A stretch of 63,535 bases of DNA, counting the filler, from Folioceros fuciformis (taxonomy: Eukaryota): the NCBI GenBank assembly GCA_049999805.1. It is 4 parts of 4 records of this genome, joined end to end, with 100 filler letters (N's around TTAATTAATTAA, not from the genome) between each part and the next. Parts side by side here need not be neighbours in the genome. Positions count along the whole stretch, not along the records: positions 62,466 to 63,535 come from JBNGIO010004652.1; 3 more parts are not named here. The stretch is one strand, 5' to 3'. The position numbers were made by a program, and so were the translations under genes. The notes beneath the pieces were generated by a model that made no database searches, had not been told where the DNA came from, and was given only the letters and a program-made list of their open reading frames with translations. Below, in pieces: positions 62,466-63,535 of this stretch. Every line of letters begins with the position of its first letter. The stretch's first letter is position 1.

Positions 62466-63535
62466 ATACCCTTGCTGACCAAGCCTGATGATACGTGTTG
62501 CCCTATCTCTCCACACTTCAATTCCAAGACAATAGTTGATGTTCCCTAAGTCCTTCATTTCAAACTTCTTTGACAACATCTCCTTCACTTTATCAATACT
62601 GCTTAAAGATGGACTCAACAAGATAAGATCATCCACATATATGGCTAAGATTACCTTACTTTGGGAGACCTCAAAAATGTAGATGCTCTCATCTGATGTG
62701 CATTGCCGAAAACCCTGCTCCAAAAGATATGAGTTAATCTTTTGATACCAAGCTCTTGGAGCCTGCTTCAATCCATAAAGAGCTTTCTTCAATTTGCAAA
62801 CCATGTTCTCCTTGCCCATAACTACATAGCCTTGGGGTTGCTCCATGTAAATGTCTTCCTCCAAGTCCCCATTTAGAAATGCTGTTTTCACATCCATTTG
62901 ATGAATCTCCAAATCATACATTGCTCCCACTGCAAGTAAGGTTCTGATGGATGCAAACTTGGCAACTGGTGCAAATGTCTCATTGTAGGCAATGCCCTCC
63001 TCTTGGGAGTATCCCTTCACCACCAACCTAGCCTTGAATCTATCAATTTTCCCACTTGCATTTCTCTTGATTCTAAACACCCATTTACACCCAATGGCAT
63101 TCCTTCCTGCGGGCAATGTTGTCAACATCCACGTATCATTACCTTCAAGGGACCTCATCTCCTCATCCATGGCTTCTTTCCAGTGCTCGCAATCCTTCCC
63201 TTGTAGAGCTTCAGCCACAGTCAATGGTTCCCTTCCGTGTGTCATAGCAATGGAAGCAAACTCTGGTCCTTCTCTCCAATCCTTAGGTGGCCGTCGCTCC
63301 CTTGTCGGATACCTCTTTGGTGGAGGCGTTTCTTGCCTTTGTGCTTGCTCCTCTACTTCTCCTTCATCAGAAATCCCCTTGTTCTCTTCAATAGAAGCAT
63401 CATCCCTTGTTGTTTCTTCTAGGGCCACTGTAAAGTCATCATCATCATTCACAATAGACACATTTGGAATCTTAGTGATAGCAACTCCATTTTCCTCAAA
63501 AATCACATCCCTACTAATTATGACACGCTTCGCTC
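62466..63535 (-). mobile_element. Ty1/copia pol fragment (IN C-terminus to RT), open frame
   Basis: SRDVIFEE, NAIGCKWVFRIK, HQMDVKTAFLNG, LYGLKQAPRAW and IYVDDLIL. Confidence 0.93.

Overview
Eukaryotic nuclear DNA from a non-seed land plant with flagellated sperm. A hornwort-like genome is my inference, from the compact GC-rich genes, ~80-130 bp GT-AG introns, a PLS-class PPR relic and centriole/axoneme genes. The left ~33 kb is gene dense: MORN3-like, NAGK, an NYN/C2H2 protein, a PHT1 phosphate transporter, a PPR pseudogene, a secreted alpha/beta hydrolase, a ~17-exon type I membrane protein with four ADAMTS-type thrombospondin-1 repeats plus EGF and Cys-rich modules (head-to-head with TEDC1), NTMT1, RPC5, a DUF7036-like protein and an intronless GH27 alpha-galactosidase. 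The right ~30 kb is a repeat graveyard. It holds a TORNADO1-like LRR-ROC-COR pseudogene broken by a 2.7 kb modular minisatellite and by nested Ty1/copia elements, a 1.6 kb two-LTR mini-element, a solo LTR with a TSD, and a LINE fragment. Three 100-bp gaps carry an artificial TTAATTAATTAA linker, so adjacency across them is not proven. The most striking item is the TSP1/EGF adhesin-like gene, which the ORF track shows only as scattered fragments. All homology calls come from motif recognition by eye; no database search was run.
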